This document shows positions 9,548 to 19,154 of a stretch of DNA of 36,320 nucleotides, piece after piece. The notes beneath the pieces are model-generated. The model searched no databases, was not told the origin of the DNA, and saw only the letters and a list, made by a program, of their open reading frames with translations. Location of the stretch: positions 1 to 36,320 of the forward strand of contig CAZUFC010000090.1 in NCBI GenBank assembly GCA_964619725.1, in the 5' to 3' direction. The DNA is from an uncultured bacterium (lineage in GTDB: Bacteria; CSSED10-310; CAZUFC01). How positions within the stretch are numbered: position 1 is the stretch's first letter; each line of letters starts with the position of its first letter. The position numbers were made by a program, and so were the translations under genes.

Positions 9548-10312
9548 TTACTTTTTGATATACCGTTCAGCCCAGGCGGCAATAACCGTCCCCGCGTACC
9601 GGGAATCAGGTTCCCTCATCAACAGGTGGTCCGCGGTATCGAGCGAAATGAAACTTTTGGGGTGCCTGGCCGCCTGGAATATTTCAGCCGCATTTCGTAT
9701 GTCGACCACGGCATCCCCCGGAGAATGAAGTATCAGTAAAGCGCGTTTCAATCCTGAGATGTTCTTTTTCATGTTCACTTTATCCAGGTCGTCGTAGAAT
9801 TTTTTGGTAATATTGAATTTTCTGCCGGAAATCTCCACCACAGCCGTCCCCTTTTCATCAATTTCACTGCGGGCGCTCCTCATCATATTATTCAGTCCCG
9901 TTAATTCATAAGGCGCAGCGATGACGACGACAGCCCGGCATGAGGGTATCTTTTCCGCCGCCTGAATCACCGCAGCTCCGCCCAGAGAATGCCCTATCAG
10001 CAGAGACGGCGCAGCGTATTCCAGCTTCAAAAAATCAGCCGCAGCAACCAGGTCCTCGACATTAGAAGCAAAATCCGCTTCCGAAAAATCACCCTCGCTC
10101 TCCCCCAGTCCCGTAAAATCAAATCGAAAAACTCCCACATCTGCCCGGGTTAATTCCAGGTTTAAATTGCTGACTGCTTTAAGGTTTTTCGTGCACGTGA
10201 AACAATGAGCGAACAAAGCGTACGATGAGGGACTTTCCGAATCAGGCATGTCGAGCTGTCCCGCAAGCTCATCGCCCCGACTGCCCTGGAATCTTTTTTT
10301 CTTGACCAGCAT
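9548..10312 (-). CDS. Alpha/beta hydrolase (type usually fused to OsmC; stand-alone here)
   Basis: FAHCFTC, RFDFTGLGESEG, GHSLGG, HSPGD, HPKSFISLDTADHLL. Start placed at ATG 10312, behind a GGAGG RBS. Confidence 0.9.
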   Translation of the reverse strand: MLVKKKRFQGSRGDELAGQLDMPDSESPSSYALFAHCFTCTKNLKAVSNLNLELTRADVGVFRFDFTGLGESEGDFSEADFASNVEDLVAAADFLKLEYAAPSLLIGHSLGGAAVIQAAEKIPSCRAVVVIAAPYELTGLNNMMRSARSEIDEKGTAVVEISGRKFNITKKFYDDLDKVNMKKNISGLKRALLILHSPGDAVVDIRNAAEIFQAARHPKSFISLDTADHLLMREPDSRYAGTVIAAWAERYIKK

Positions 10313-10375
10313 TGATTTCCTCCGGTCGTTGAACATTCTCAAGTTCATGTATTTAAACATCGCTCAGTCTCCCTC

Positions 10376-10405
10376 AGCTTAAAAGCTTCAAAAGCCTCTT
10401 GTCAA
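10376..10405 (-). promoter_or_regulatory. Possible sigma70 promoter for the hydrolase and phosphatase genes
   Basis: Minus strand TTGACA-18 nt-TAAGCT. Confidence 0.4.
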
Positions 10406-10771
10406 TGCATATATGTCCTTAAACAGTCATCATTTGACAAACTCCGCACCGCTTTTTCATCAGTGTCGGTATCGGCATCGCTTTCGCATACTCAGCATTA
10501 TTGAGTTTTTGGACAGGCGCCGGCGAATCGGGCGTCGTCTTTCCTGCTGTTTCTCAACAAATACATATTGACTCTTTGAAATTTTCAACAGCCCCTGCGC
10601 TTGATAGTCAACGAAAATTATAACCGTGAAGCGAATATTTTTGATCTATGTCTTAATAATCCGTGTTTTCAAATGGCGAAGGGACATCTTCCGGCTATCA
10701 ATTTTATTGGATGAAATATTTAGCCGCCATTGCTGTTCATACCGAAAGAAGCATTTAATTTCATGGAAAAT

Positions 10772-10799
10772 TTGACTTATGTCCTGAAATTAATATCTT
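10772..10799 (+). promoter_or_regulatory. Possible sigma70 promoter of the large surface protein gene
   Basis: TTGACT-16 nt-TATCTT immediately before a structured leader of about 145 nt. Confidence 0.4.
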
Positions 10800-10947
10800 G
10801 AAATGAGGCTTCCTTGAATAGTTTCAGGGTAACGAAATTTTTTAAGGAGACTGAAAAGACCACTGATATGAGCTATGCTGAATCCGCTGAATTCATCACG
10901 CCTGAAAAGCCTCACCAAAAGGAAATAAATTTTTATGAGAGGGGACC

Positions 10948-13900
10948 ATGAAAAGATCAAATAATTATATTGCGCAAGTCGTAATGACGCTTTTTTTAGG
11001 GATTATAATGAGTTCGCTGGTTTTGGGACCATTTACAGGCTCGAATGACGGATCGGTGGCTTTTGGTGGGGACAGGGATATTGAACCGGAACCGAACGAT
11101 GACTGCTATTATGCTAATGAGATTCCGTCAGGTGTGTGTGTTTTCGGAACTATTAACGATTCCAGCGATCCGAGAGACTGGTGGTATTTCATTTACGGAA
11201 GCACACAGCAAGTAACCGTCGGTCTCCAGGTTCCCGACGGAGTGGACCTTGATCTATATGTTTGGGGAGGGATCGGAGACTGTCATGATAATTCTTTGTT
11301 ATGTTCTTCCCTTGCGGGGGGGTCTACGGATGAGGAATGCACTTTTACGCCGTATTATTCCGGCTATTATTATGTGGAGATTCGTCATTATTCAGGCAGT
11401 ACCTCCTACAATTATATGACGTGGTGGGACACGGGAAGCGCTCCGACGCCGACGAGAACGCCCACGGCGACGGCGACGACGCCTTCCGATACGGCGACGC
11501 CGACCCGAACGCCCACGAAGACCCCGACCAGGACCCCGACGAATTTCCCGGCAACGAGGACGCCTACGAGGACGCCTAGTCCGACGCCGACGGCGACTCA
11601 GCCGAGCGACACGGCGACGCCGACAAGGACCCCGACCAAGACGGCGACTCATACGCCTTCGGGGAATCCGACTTCGACGCCGACCCGGACGCCTACGCGG
11701 ACTCCAACGCCGACCAATTCGCCGACCAGGACCCCGACAATGGCGCCAACGCATCATGACGTGAAGGCGGTGTGCATCGAGACGGACCGCAGCGATCGCA
11801 TGTTCAACGGACCGCGGCCGCGTCAACCGGGCGACGTATATCTGCCGAGAGTATGGGTAGAAAATGTAGGCAATCAGATCGAATATGTGGATGCATCGAT
11901 CCAGGAGACGGTCACGGGATATTCCAGCAGCAATGCGTCACCCCATGTTCTATATCCGGGGGATTGCGTGCCTGTTGTGATGAGCGACATCTGGACGGTT
12001 CCTTCAATATGCGCGGGATATGAATTTACGGCATCGGTCACTATCGCCGAGGATTTCAATCCCATTAACAATTATACCGGTCCCAAATCGATGGAAGCGC
12101 CGCAGACGCCTTTCATGGAGCTGGCGTACGACAATGGGGCTGTAGCCAATTCTTATATTTTCGAAAACAACGAGAATTTTGCTTTAGCCAATGAATTTAC
12201 GCCGCCTTATTATCCGTGTTTCATCGATTACGTTAAAATTTACATGCAGCGCGGCGGAACGGAAGATTTCGATCAATTCTGGGTCGGTATTTGGCTGGAA
12301 GACTCGAATAATCCGGGATTTCCGGCGGCAAACCCTGTTTACATGGACTATCACGTATGGAGTCGCAACTATGAATCGCCTGAGGGCTGGGTGCATGTAG
12401 TTCCGCCATGCTATCCCGACAAGATACAGATCGATTCCGGAAAATTCTGGGTCGGCGTAGTGGACCCGTCCTCATGCACAAGCGTTTATTCTGATAAGGT
12501 AGGCGTCGATGCGGTAAGGGACCATGCGGCCAACTGGGTAAAGATACTGGGCGGCTGGCAGAAGAACCCCGCCTGGTGGGACGGCGACGGACTGGGCGAT
12601 CTGATGATACGGGCGGAGATAACCCTGGACATCGATCCTCCCGCCAATGATGATTGTGAAGATGCCGAGATCATCACCGAAAATGTTTACTCAGCAAACA
12701 TAAATACGTTCAATGCGTCGACTCAGCCTACAGACCCCAATCCGGCGTGCAACAACCAGTCCAACGCCAAAAGCGTCTGGTGGCATTGGACCGCTCCGAA
12801 TTGCGGCAAACTGATGGTGGAAACCTGCGAAACGGATTACCATACGATACTGAGTTTATGGTCGGGAAGCTGCGGAGACCTTTCTATGATAGCCTGCAAC
12901 GATTATAACGACGGAGTTTGCGGAACGGAAAACATCCGGTCGGGCATTGATGATTTCCCAGTGGCGCAAGGAAACGAATATTATATCATGGTTTCTGCGA
13001 TAAACGGCGACGGCGGCGAGCTTGACTTTGATTTTGAATTTACGCCGACCGACCTGCAGTCCATCTGCACGGTGGACGACAATACCCTGTGCGGCGATCA
13101 GACCGCTTCTTTAACATGCATCAGCTTCGGCTCCCATACGCCTTTGCAGTATTTCTGGTCTCCGACTCAATATCTTTCGGATTCTTCCTCACCTCAACCG
13201 GAGTTCGGTCCGGCGCCTCCCGGAGAATACGGCCCGTTTACCTGCACTGTCATGGATTCCTGGGGTTGCATGAAAACGTGTTCCCCTGGAATCACGATAT
13301 ACGTCTCCGATTATCCCGAAGTGAATGGATCGGCTGAAGAGAACGTATTATGCCGATACGAGACCACGACTCTGCACTGCAATGTGAATGGAGGAACTCC
13401 CGAATATTCCTATCAATGGAGTCCCGTCACTTACCTGGATGATCCGAATTCAGCCGACCCGGTATTCACTGCGTCTAACACGGGAACTTTCGGACCTTAC
13501 ACCTGTTCGGTCACCGACTCCGTCGGCTGCAGCGGACAGTCCCCGCAGTTGATCTTTATAGAGGTTAAACCCGTTCCAAACGTTTCCTGCTCGGTCAACG
13601 ATAACACGCTTTGTTCCGTCCATACCACGCAACTGCACGCAACGAACATCGGAGGAACGGCTCCTTTCACGTTTGAATGGACGCCGGCCAATTACCTGGA
13701 CGATCCTGCCGCCAGGGAACCAGTGTTCGGTCCGGCGCCGGCGGGCGAATACGGCCCCTACACCTGCACGGTTACCGATGCGAACGATTGCACTGATGCA
13801 TGCGATTCCGGCATAACCATAACCGTTTACGACAATCCTGCCGTCACCTGTTCCGCAGATGACGGTCAGATTTGCGAAAATGAAACCACTGTCCTTAACT

Positions 13901-14799
13901 GCAACGTAACCGGCGGAACGCCCGATTTCACCTACCAGTGGAACAACTCGACCTACCTGGACGATCCCAACTCGGCCAACCCCGTATTCGGCCCGGCCCC
14001 TCCAGGCAGACATGGACCCATTGCCTGCTCTGTCCTCGACGCCAACGGCTGCTCGGCAGGATGCTTCCCCGGCATTTTCGTCACCGTGAACCCGAATCCT
14101 TCCGCCATCACCGTCAGCGGACCGGAATCCATCTGTGAAGATGAATGCCCGGCCTTCCTCTGCGCCCCGGAGGGTTACGAGGAATACCTGTGGAGCAACG
14201 GCGAAGTAACCAGGCAAATAGCGGTATGCGTTACGGGCGATTATACCGTCACCGTCACCGATGATAACGGATGCAGCGGTACGAGCGACGTTCATCACCT
14301 GGAAGTCTTCCCCGAAGTCTTCGCTGACGCAGGCGACGACCAGGAGATAGTCCAGGGCGAATCCGTCCAGATCGGGGGTTCGCCGTCCGGTTCCGGGGGA
14401 ACCGAACCTCTCAGTTACGAATGGCTCCCCATAGAGGGACTGGACGATCCCAATATTTCCAATCCGATGGCATCACCCGATGCCACGACCCTCTACACAC
14501 TGATGGTCACCGATGCGAACCTCTGCCAGGCTGAAGACTCATGCACCCTCTTCGTCACCGTGCTGCCTACGGAAACGCCGACATTATCTCCTACTCCTTC
14601 GCCGACAACTACCCCAACTCTCGTTCCCACAAATACGCCTACTCTAACCCCAATATACACGCATACGCCGTCCGCTACACCCACTCTCATACCTATCCCC
14701 GCTGTCGGTCATTTCGGCTTATCCGGCTTGTTGATCATCTTCAGTCTTTTCCTGCTGAAATCAATGATCACAAAAGAAAACACTAACAGGCATGAATGA
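10948..14799 (+). CDS. Large secreted surface protein: PPC-like domain, Pro/Thr linker, beta-rich domains, six SprB/PKD-like Cys-rich repeats, PT stalk and IPTL-CTERM-like anchor
   Basis: Signal peptide; EPEPND..DLDLYVW (PPC-like); TPTRTPT repeats; PPANDDCEDA domain; repeats of GGTP-Y-Y-W-P--LDDP--P..TVTD-NGC; tail IPAVGHFGLSGLLIIFSLFLLK. RBS GAGAGGGG. Confidence 0.85.
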   Translation: MKRSNNYIAQVVMTLFLGIIMSSLVLGPFTGSNDGSVAFGGDRDIEPEPNDDCYYANEIPSGVCVFGTINDSSDPRDWWYFIYGSTQQVTVGLQVPDGVDLDLYVWGGIGDCHDNSLLCSSLAGGSTDEECTFTPYYSGYYYVEIRHYSGSTSYNYMTWWDTGSAPTPTRTPTATATTPSDTATPTRTPTKTPTRTPTNFPATRTPTRTPSPTPTATQPSDTATPTRTPTKTATHTPSGNPTSTPTRTPTRTPTPTNSPTRTPTMAPTHHDVKAVCIETDRSDRMFNGPRPRQPGDVYLPRVWVENVGNQIEYVDASIQETVTGYSSSNASPHVLYPGDCVPVVMSDIWTVPSICAGYEFTASVTIAEDFNPINNYTGPKSMEAPQTPFMELAYDNGAVANSYIFENNENFALANEFTPPYYPCFIDYVKIYMQRGGTEDFDQFWVGIWLEDSNNPGFPAANPVYMDYHVWSRNYESPEGWVHVVPPCYPDKIQIDSGKFWVGVVDPSSCTSVYSDKVGVDAVRDHAANWVKILGGWQKNPAWWDGDGLGDLMIRAEITLDIDPPANDDCEDAEIITENVYSANINTFNASTQPTDPNPACNNQSNAKSVWWHWTAPNCGKLMVETCETDYHTILSLWSGSCGDLSMIACNDYNDGVCGTENIRSGIDDFPVAQGNEYYIMVSAINGDGGELDFDFEFTPTDLQSICTVDDNTLCGDQTASLTCISFGSHTPLQYFWSPTQYLSDSSSPQPEFGPAPPGEYGPFTCTVMDSWGCMKTCSPGITIYVSDYPEVNGSAEENVLCRYETTTLHCNVNGGTPEYSYQWSPVTYLDDPNSADPVFTASNTGTFGPYTCSVTDSVGCSGQSPQLIFIEVKPVPNVSCSVNDNTLCSVHTTQLHATNIGGTAPFTFEWTPANYLDDPAAREPVFGPAPAGEYGPYTCTVTDANDCTDACDSGITITVYDNPAVTCSADDGQICENETTVLNCNVTGGTPDFTYQWNNSTYLDDPNSANPVFGPAPPGRHGPIACSVLDANGCSAGCFPGIFVTVNPNPSAITVSGPESICEDECPAFLCAPEGYEEYLWSNGEVTRQIAVCVTGDYTVTVTDDNGCSGTSDVHHLEVFPEVFADAGDDQEIVQGESVQIGGSPSGSGGTEPLSYEWLPIEGLDDPNISNPMASPDATTLYTLMVTDANLCQAEDSCTLFVTVLPTETPTLSPTPSPTTTPTLVPTNTPTLTPIYTHTPSATPTLIPIPAVGHFGLSGLLIIFSLFLLKSMITKENTNRHE
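11440..11751 (+). repeat. Intragenic Pro/Thr-rich low-complexity repeat ([22 protein letters not shown])
   Basis: Direct translation; ACGCCGAC-rich DNA. Confidence 0.9.
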
Positions 14800-14972
14800 T
14801 AAAGCCAAAAACAACGCTGTTAAAGCGTTAACCCCATTCAGATTCGTTAATTCGATGGTCAATGAACTATTGCGGATGAAATTGGCGGATGTTTTGCTTT
14901 GACTGTGAATAGTCCTGCATGCGCAATATCATTCTTTAGATTGGATCAAAATTTCGATATGGAGAGGTAACG

Positions 14973-16853
14973 TTAATCCCGTCTCATTTTTCGTAATATC
15001 AGGGCCCTGTTATGCTGTGCTTTATAATTGTTCTCATCCATTGAAAGAACTTTATTGTAATATTTGAGCGCTTCATCGAATTTTCCCAGTCGTGCTTTCA
15101 CATTGCCCATATCCAAATAAAAAACAGGCTCGTCCGGCTTATTCCGCAATTCAATACCCAAATGCTTTTCCGCCTCCGCATACTTTTTCACCTGTATCAA
15201 CGCTCTGGCGTAGTCATAGTGAAGTCCAGGTCGACCAGCATCGGAAATCAAAACTTTTTTTAAATATGACACGGCTTCTTCCGGCTTAATTGAGATCAGC
15301 AATTCTCCCAAATGATGAAGAAATCGAGGATTCTCCGGTTCTTTCGCCAACGCCAGGCGGTAATACTTTTCAGCTTCGCCCTTCTTATCAATCATATGAA
15401 GGCTTAATGCGAGATTAAAAAGGGTTTCAACTTTAGCGGACCCCATATCCAGCGCTTTTTTAAATTCTTTTGAAGCAGAAATAAAATCGCTTTTTTTAAA
15501 ATACAAAAAACCAAGATTATAATGCCGTTCAGCCGTATCGCCGACAACATATCCCAGGGCTTCCAGTTTTCTTTTTCCATAAGAGTCTTCAGCTTCTTCA
15601 AGCCATTCTTCACCTTCTCCGGTCTCTCGCTGTTGCCCGTAATCAGGAATTCTTGGGGGCGAGGAACTTTTTAAAAAAGGTTCAATTGCCTGTCCCGGCA
15701 TGTTTTCAGCGGCCGGTAAACCAAAAAAATTTAAAATGGTCGGGGCGATATCCATAACAGACAAGGGATTGTCCCTGTTTGAAGTTTCGAAACCGGGACC
15801 CAGGCCCAGAAACATGCCTTCAATCAGGTGACTTTCTATGCCGGCCAACGGATTCTCTTTGCGGCCTGAAGGCGGATTCGCCCTCCATTTGAAGCCATGA
15901 TCAGATATAATCATGACATACGTATCAGCCTCGGCTTCATTGAAAATCTTCTCCAGCCAACTGTCCTGAAAAGAAAAATACGGCAGGAGGATTTCCTCCG
16001 CAGTTTTTGCTTCCTCGGATGCTCTTTGGGGCAGATAATAACGGTTGAAAAGATGTCCGAGCGTATCGGTTCCCTGCAGATAGAGAGTGAAAAATTCAGT
16101 GCGGGCCTTTTCAAGCAGATGAAGGGCCGCCTTGCCGTACTCTTCCGTCTGGTTGTATGTCGCCCATAATTGTTCTGAAGGATATACTTTCCTCATACCG
16201 TTTTCTTTCTTAATGGTTTTTGATAACGGGACAGCCGGCCAGGGTCCTGAGTCCGTCCGTTCCCGGTGTTGCATCAATTCCCCGTAAAGATCAGATGGAT
16301 ATGCTATTCGCTTTTTCGGCATGCTGAATTCATCCATTCCCAGTATGTGAGGGCGATACCGATCAGTGACCATGAATCCGTTGATGCTTTCTGCAGGCCA
16401 TGTCGCCCACCAACCTATTACCGTACATCCTATCCCGCGCTCGCTCAGTATATTCCAGACAGAGGGAACCTTCTTGAACCAGGACGTTATGGGGATTTCT
16501 TCACCCGTTTCCGGGTGAACTGCCATAAAATCCGTTATCCCATGGTCAGTCGGCTCGCGCCCTGTGGCTATCGACGTCCAGATTAAAGGAGAAATCATAG
16601 GTTCAAATGAATGAAATTGCGCTTTTAATCCCCTTTCATGCAGACTCTGAAATACAGGAATTCGACCCATCCGCATCAACGGCGTGAAATTCCTCCAGTC
16701 AGCGCCGTCTAATCCCAGAACCCATAATTCCCCTGAAGAATCCTCAGTCGGACAGCGACATCCGATCTTCCATACGATCAACAGCAAAACGACAATCACA
16801 AACAGACAAATCAGATTTTTTTTGTTTGATCTTCGAAATATTGCCCTTAACAT
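14973..16853 (-). CDS. Alkaline-phosphatase superfamily (NPP/phosphodiesterase-like) protein with C-terminal TPRs
   Basis: LGLDGADW, EPMISPLIWTSIATG..HGITDF, TDTLGH, ISDHGF, DIAPTIL, LEALGYV, followed by several TPRs. N-terminal membrane anchor. Confidence 0.85.
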   Translation of the reverse strand: MLRAIFRRSNKKNLICLFVIVVLLLIVWKIGCRCPTEDSSGELWVLGLDGADWRNFTPLMRMGRIPVFQSLHERGLKAQFHSFEPMISPLIWTSIATGREPTDHGITDFMAVHPETGEEIPITSWFKKVPSVWNILSERGIGCTVIGWWATWPAESINGFMVTDRYRPHILGMDEFSMPKKRIAYPSDLYGELMQHRERTDSGPWPAVPLSKTIKKENGMRKVYPSEQLWATYNQTEEYGKAALHLLEKARTEFFTLYLQGTDTLGHLFNRYYLPQRASEEAKTAEEILLPYFSFQDSWLEKIFNEAEADTYVMIISDHGFKWRANPPSGRKENPLAGIESHLIEGMFLGLGPGFETSNRDNPLSVMDIAPTILNFFGLPAAENMPGQAIEPFLKSSSPPRIPDYGQQRETGEGEEWLEEAEDSYGKRKLEALGYVVGDTAERHYNLGFLYFKKSDFISASKEFKKALDMGSAKVETLFNLALSLHMIDKKGEAEKYYRLALAKEPENPRFLHHLGELLISIKPEEAVSYLKKVLISDAGRPGLHYDYARALIQVKKYAEAEKHLGIELRNKPDEPVFYLDMGNVKARLGKFDEALKYYNKVLSMDENNYKAQHNRALILRKMRRD

Positions 16854-17091
16854 TCTGTCCCCTCATCAATGGAAAAACTCCGATGATTCAGCCGGAATTT
16901 AATATACATTACTTTTTTCAAGAACTCATTATTCAAAGTTTTTTTCGGAAAAATTGTTTTGCCCTTGACTTTTTGAAAAATAACCTTAATAAAGATAAGG
17001 AGTGGAACGGTGAATTTCATGATTAAAATGTTTTTGAAGTCAGATTCACACAAAAAATTCAAATTAACATAAGAACTTGGAGGGGGCTAAA

Positions 17092-18864
17092 ATGGTAATG
17101 AAAAAAATTTTATTTCTCAATGTGATGGGCATGGTGATCGGCCTATTACTTTCACCAGCGCTGTTTAGTGCGGAGCAGGATTTTTCAGGCGGCGGCGGTG
17201 TGATGGGATCGGAATTGCGTCCTGCCACTGAACCGCAGGAATTTTCTGCCGACGATCTGGCTGAGCTTGAAGCCAGACGCGAAGCGGTAGAGAGAGGCGA
17301 AACCAAGGTAGTTGAGGCGCCGGCTCCGATATTCAAAGGAGAAGCTCACCCGGAAAAAAAAGTTGTTGATGAATGGGGTCTGGATGAATTGATGGAAGGC
17401 GAAGCCGGCAAGGGATGGTCTTTCTATGACGGCGCTATGTGTTACGCCGTAACGGGATACCCTTACAATCCGAATCCTGAGATTTACAAAATGAGAAGCA
17501 CCTACGGCAGTATTTACGCCTGGCATCATCTAAGGAACACGAGCGGTTCGTGGACGTACCGGGTTCAATTTGATTTACCGCCGTTTTACGGGGGCAGCAC
17601 CTGGGACACTGGAACCACGACATACAGCGGCAGTTATTATTGGTATAAGGCTTGGTGGGGTTGGTATTTTAGCGGATATTCCAATTCGAATTATGACGGG
17701 ATATGGCAAGCCAGGCAATATATCGACGGCAGCAATCAATGGTCTTCGCCCTGGACCTTGCGATTCGAGCTTGACGATGATCCTTACAGTACAAGCGATT
17801 CATCGCATACGATGTGTACAGGCCTATCGGGCGACGATCCGGTCAATCCGGGGACATCGACGTTTTATTATTACCAGGATGCGGCTTACAATTGGGTACG
17901 TTTCGACGACGTAGCCGAAGCGATTGATTTCAAATGGCGCTGGTACAGACCCGGCGGAACGTTCGACTGGGAATATACAAACAATCAAAGCGATCCCGGG
18001 ACCAACTCGTGGTACGGCTGGGTAAAGGCCTGGTGCTGGCGAGACCTGGACGGATATATGTATCAATTTCCCGGAACGTGGACCGTGAATTTTTATACTT
18101 ACAACACCTATTACAACAATTGGACATACCGTTTCGACGACACATTCACAGTCGTAGGTCCGCCCACTAATACTCCGACGCGAACCCCGACGAAAACGCC
18201 GACCAGGACACCGACGAAAACGCCGACCAGGACGCCGACAAAAACGCCGACCAGAACACCGACCTCCACGCGGTCTCCAACCAGAACGCCGACATATACG
18301 CTAAGTCCGACCAGAACACCCACAGCAACGCTCAGTCCCACACGAACGCCGACTGTGACCCTCAGTCCGACCAGGACCCCAACAGCCACTCTCAGTCCCA
18401 CCAGGACGCCTACTGCGACGTTGTCGCCGACGAGGACTCCCACTGTGACTTTGTCTCCAACATTGAGTCCCACTTTATCGCCTACGCTATCACCGACGAT
18501 GTCGCCTACTCTTTCACCGACGGTCACGTTATCTCCCACAGCGTCCCCAACTCTATCGCCCACGCTTTCACCGACCTCATCGCCGACTCTCTCACCAACG
18601 GTCACATTATCTCCTACAGCCTCCCCGACGCTTTCACCGACACTTTCACCTACTGTAACGCTCTCGCCTACGATGAGCCCCACTTTATCGCCGTCTATGT
18701 CTCCCACGCTCACACCTACTAACACGCCCGAAGAAACTGCCACACCGACGGTAACTCCTACTATTCCGCCGATTCCTGCTTTCGGCTCGACTGGCTTGGG
18801 AATTCTACTGGCGTTGTTCTCACTCGGTTTAATAGGAGCTTTAAAACGCAAACAAAATAAGTAA
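17092..18864 (+). CDS. Secreted Trp/Tyr-rich surface protein with tandem beta-domain duplication, long PT/TLSP stalk and IPTL-CTERM-like anchor
   Basis: RBS GGAGGGGG precedes ATG 17092 (the ORF track start at 17077 is TTG). Signal peptide; 22 Trp before the stalk; tail [30 protein letters not shown]. Confidence 0.85.
   Translation: MVMKKILFLNVMGMVIGLLLSPALFSAEQDFSGGGGVMGSELRPATEPQEFSADDLAELEARREAVERGETKVVEAPAPIFKGEAHPEKKVVDEWGLDELMEGEAGKGWSFYDGAMCYAVTGYPYNPNPEIYKMRSTYGSIYAWHHLRNTSGSWTYRVQFDLPPFYGGSTWDTGTTTYSGSYYWYKAWWGWYFSGYSNSNYDGIWQARQYIDGSNQWSSPWTLRFELDDDPYSTSDSSHTMCTGLSGDDPVNPGTSTFYYYQDAAYNWVRFDDVAEAIDFKWRWYRPGGTFDWEYTNNQSDPGTNSWYGWVKAWCWRDLDGYMYQFPGTWTVNFYTYNTYYNNWTYRFDDTFTVVGPPTNTPTRTPTKTPTRTPTKTPTRTPTKTPTRTPTSTRSPTRTPTYTLSPTRTPTATLSPTRTPTVTLSPTRTPTATLSPTRTPTATLSPTRTPTVTLSPTLSPTLSPTLSPTMSPTLSPTVTLSPTASPTLSPTLSPTSSPTLSPTVTLSPTASPTLSPTLSPTVTLSPTMSPTLSPSMSPTLTPTNTPEETATPTVTPTIPPIPAFGSTGLGILLALFSLGLIGALKRKQNK
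18160..18771 (+). repeat. Intragenic tandem repeats encoding (TPTRTPTK)n, ([11 protein letters not shown])n and (TLSP)n
   Basis: Direct translation of about 200 aa of Thr/Pro/Ser-rich sequence. Confidence 0.92.
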
Positions 18865-18891
18865 AAATTCATCAAATTAAACTGACAACAT

Positions 18892-18926
18892 GGGGAATCC
18901 GGGAAATGCCTGCGGTTCCCCTTTTT
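18892..18926 (+). terminator. Intrinsic terminator after the Trp-rich surface protein gene
   Basis: GGGGAA..TTCCCC stem followed by TTTTT. Confidence 0.7.
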
Positions 18927-19154
18927 AATAGCTCTGTCGATCTGCAAAAAAACTCTTCCCTTTCATTCTCTGTGCCGGCAGAATCCTTTCAGGAAATAGA
19001 CAGCGCCGATTGCATGATCGAATTGTTTTCTGATACACTGTCGTTGCTTCAAAGGGGGGAGGCGCAGGCATAAGCAGGTGATTCTTCATTTTTCAAATTA
19101 CGGTAAGCTCAGAGGAAATGTTCTTTTTGTAAATTTACCTGAATCAATTATCGA

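Noticed and set aside
10433-10595. Short GTCGGTATCGGCATCG tract and a TTTTCAACAGCCCC IS-end-like word
   Set aside because: Too short and degenerate to call a fourth element copy; no partner inverted repeat or transposase.
10870-10900. GCTGAATCC suggesting a c-di-AMP (ydaO) riboswitch
   Set aside because: The remaining conserved ydaO elements are not present.
16404-16415. WATW (WxxW) in the AlkP-family protein as a glycosylation sequon
   Set aside because: It is part of a GWWATWPAE motif typical of this enzyme family, so it is uninformative.
18111-18947. 278-aa Val/Gly-rich minus-strand ORF (likewise 11392-11826, 13450-14298 and 14493-14690)
   Set aside because: Antisense shadows of the Pro/Thr repeat-coding surface protein genes.
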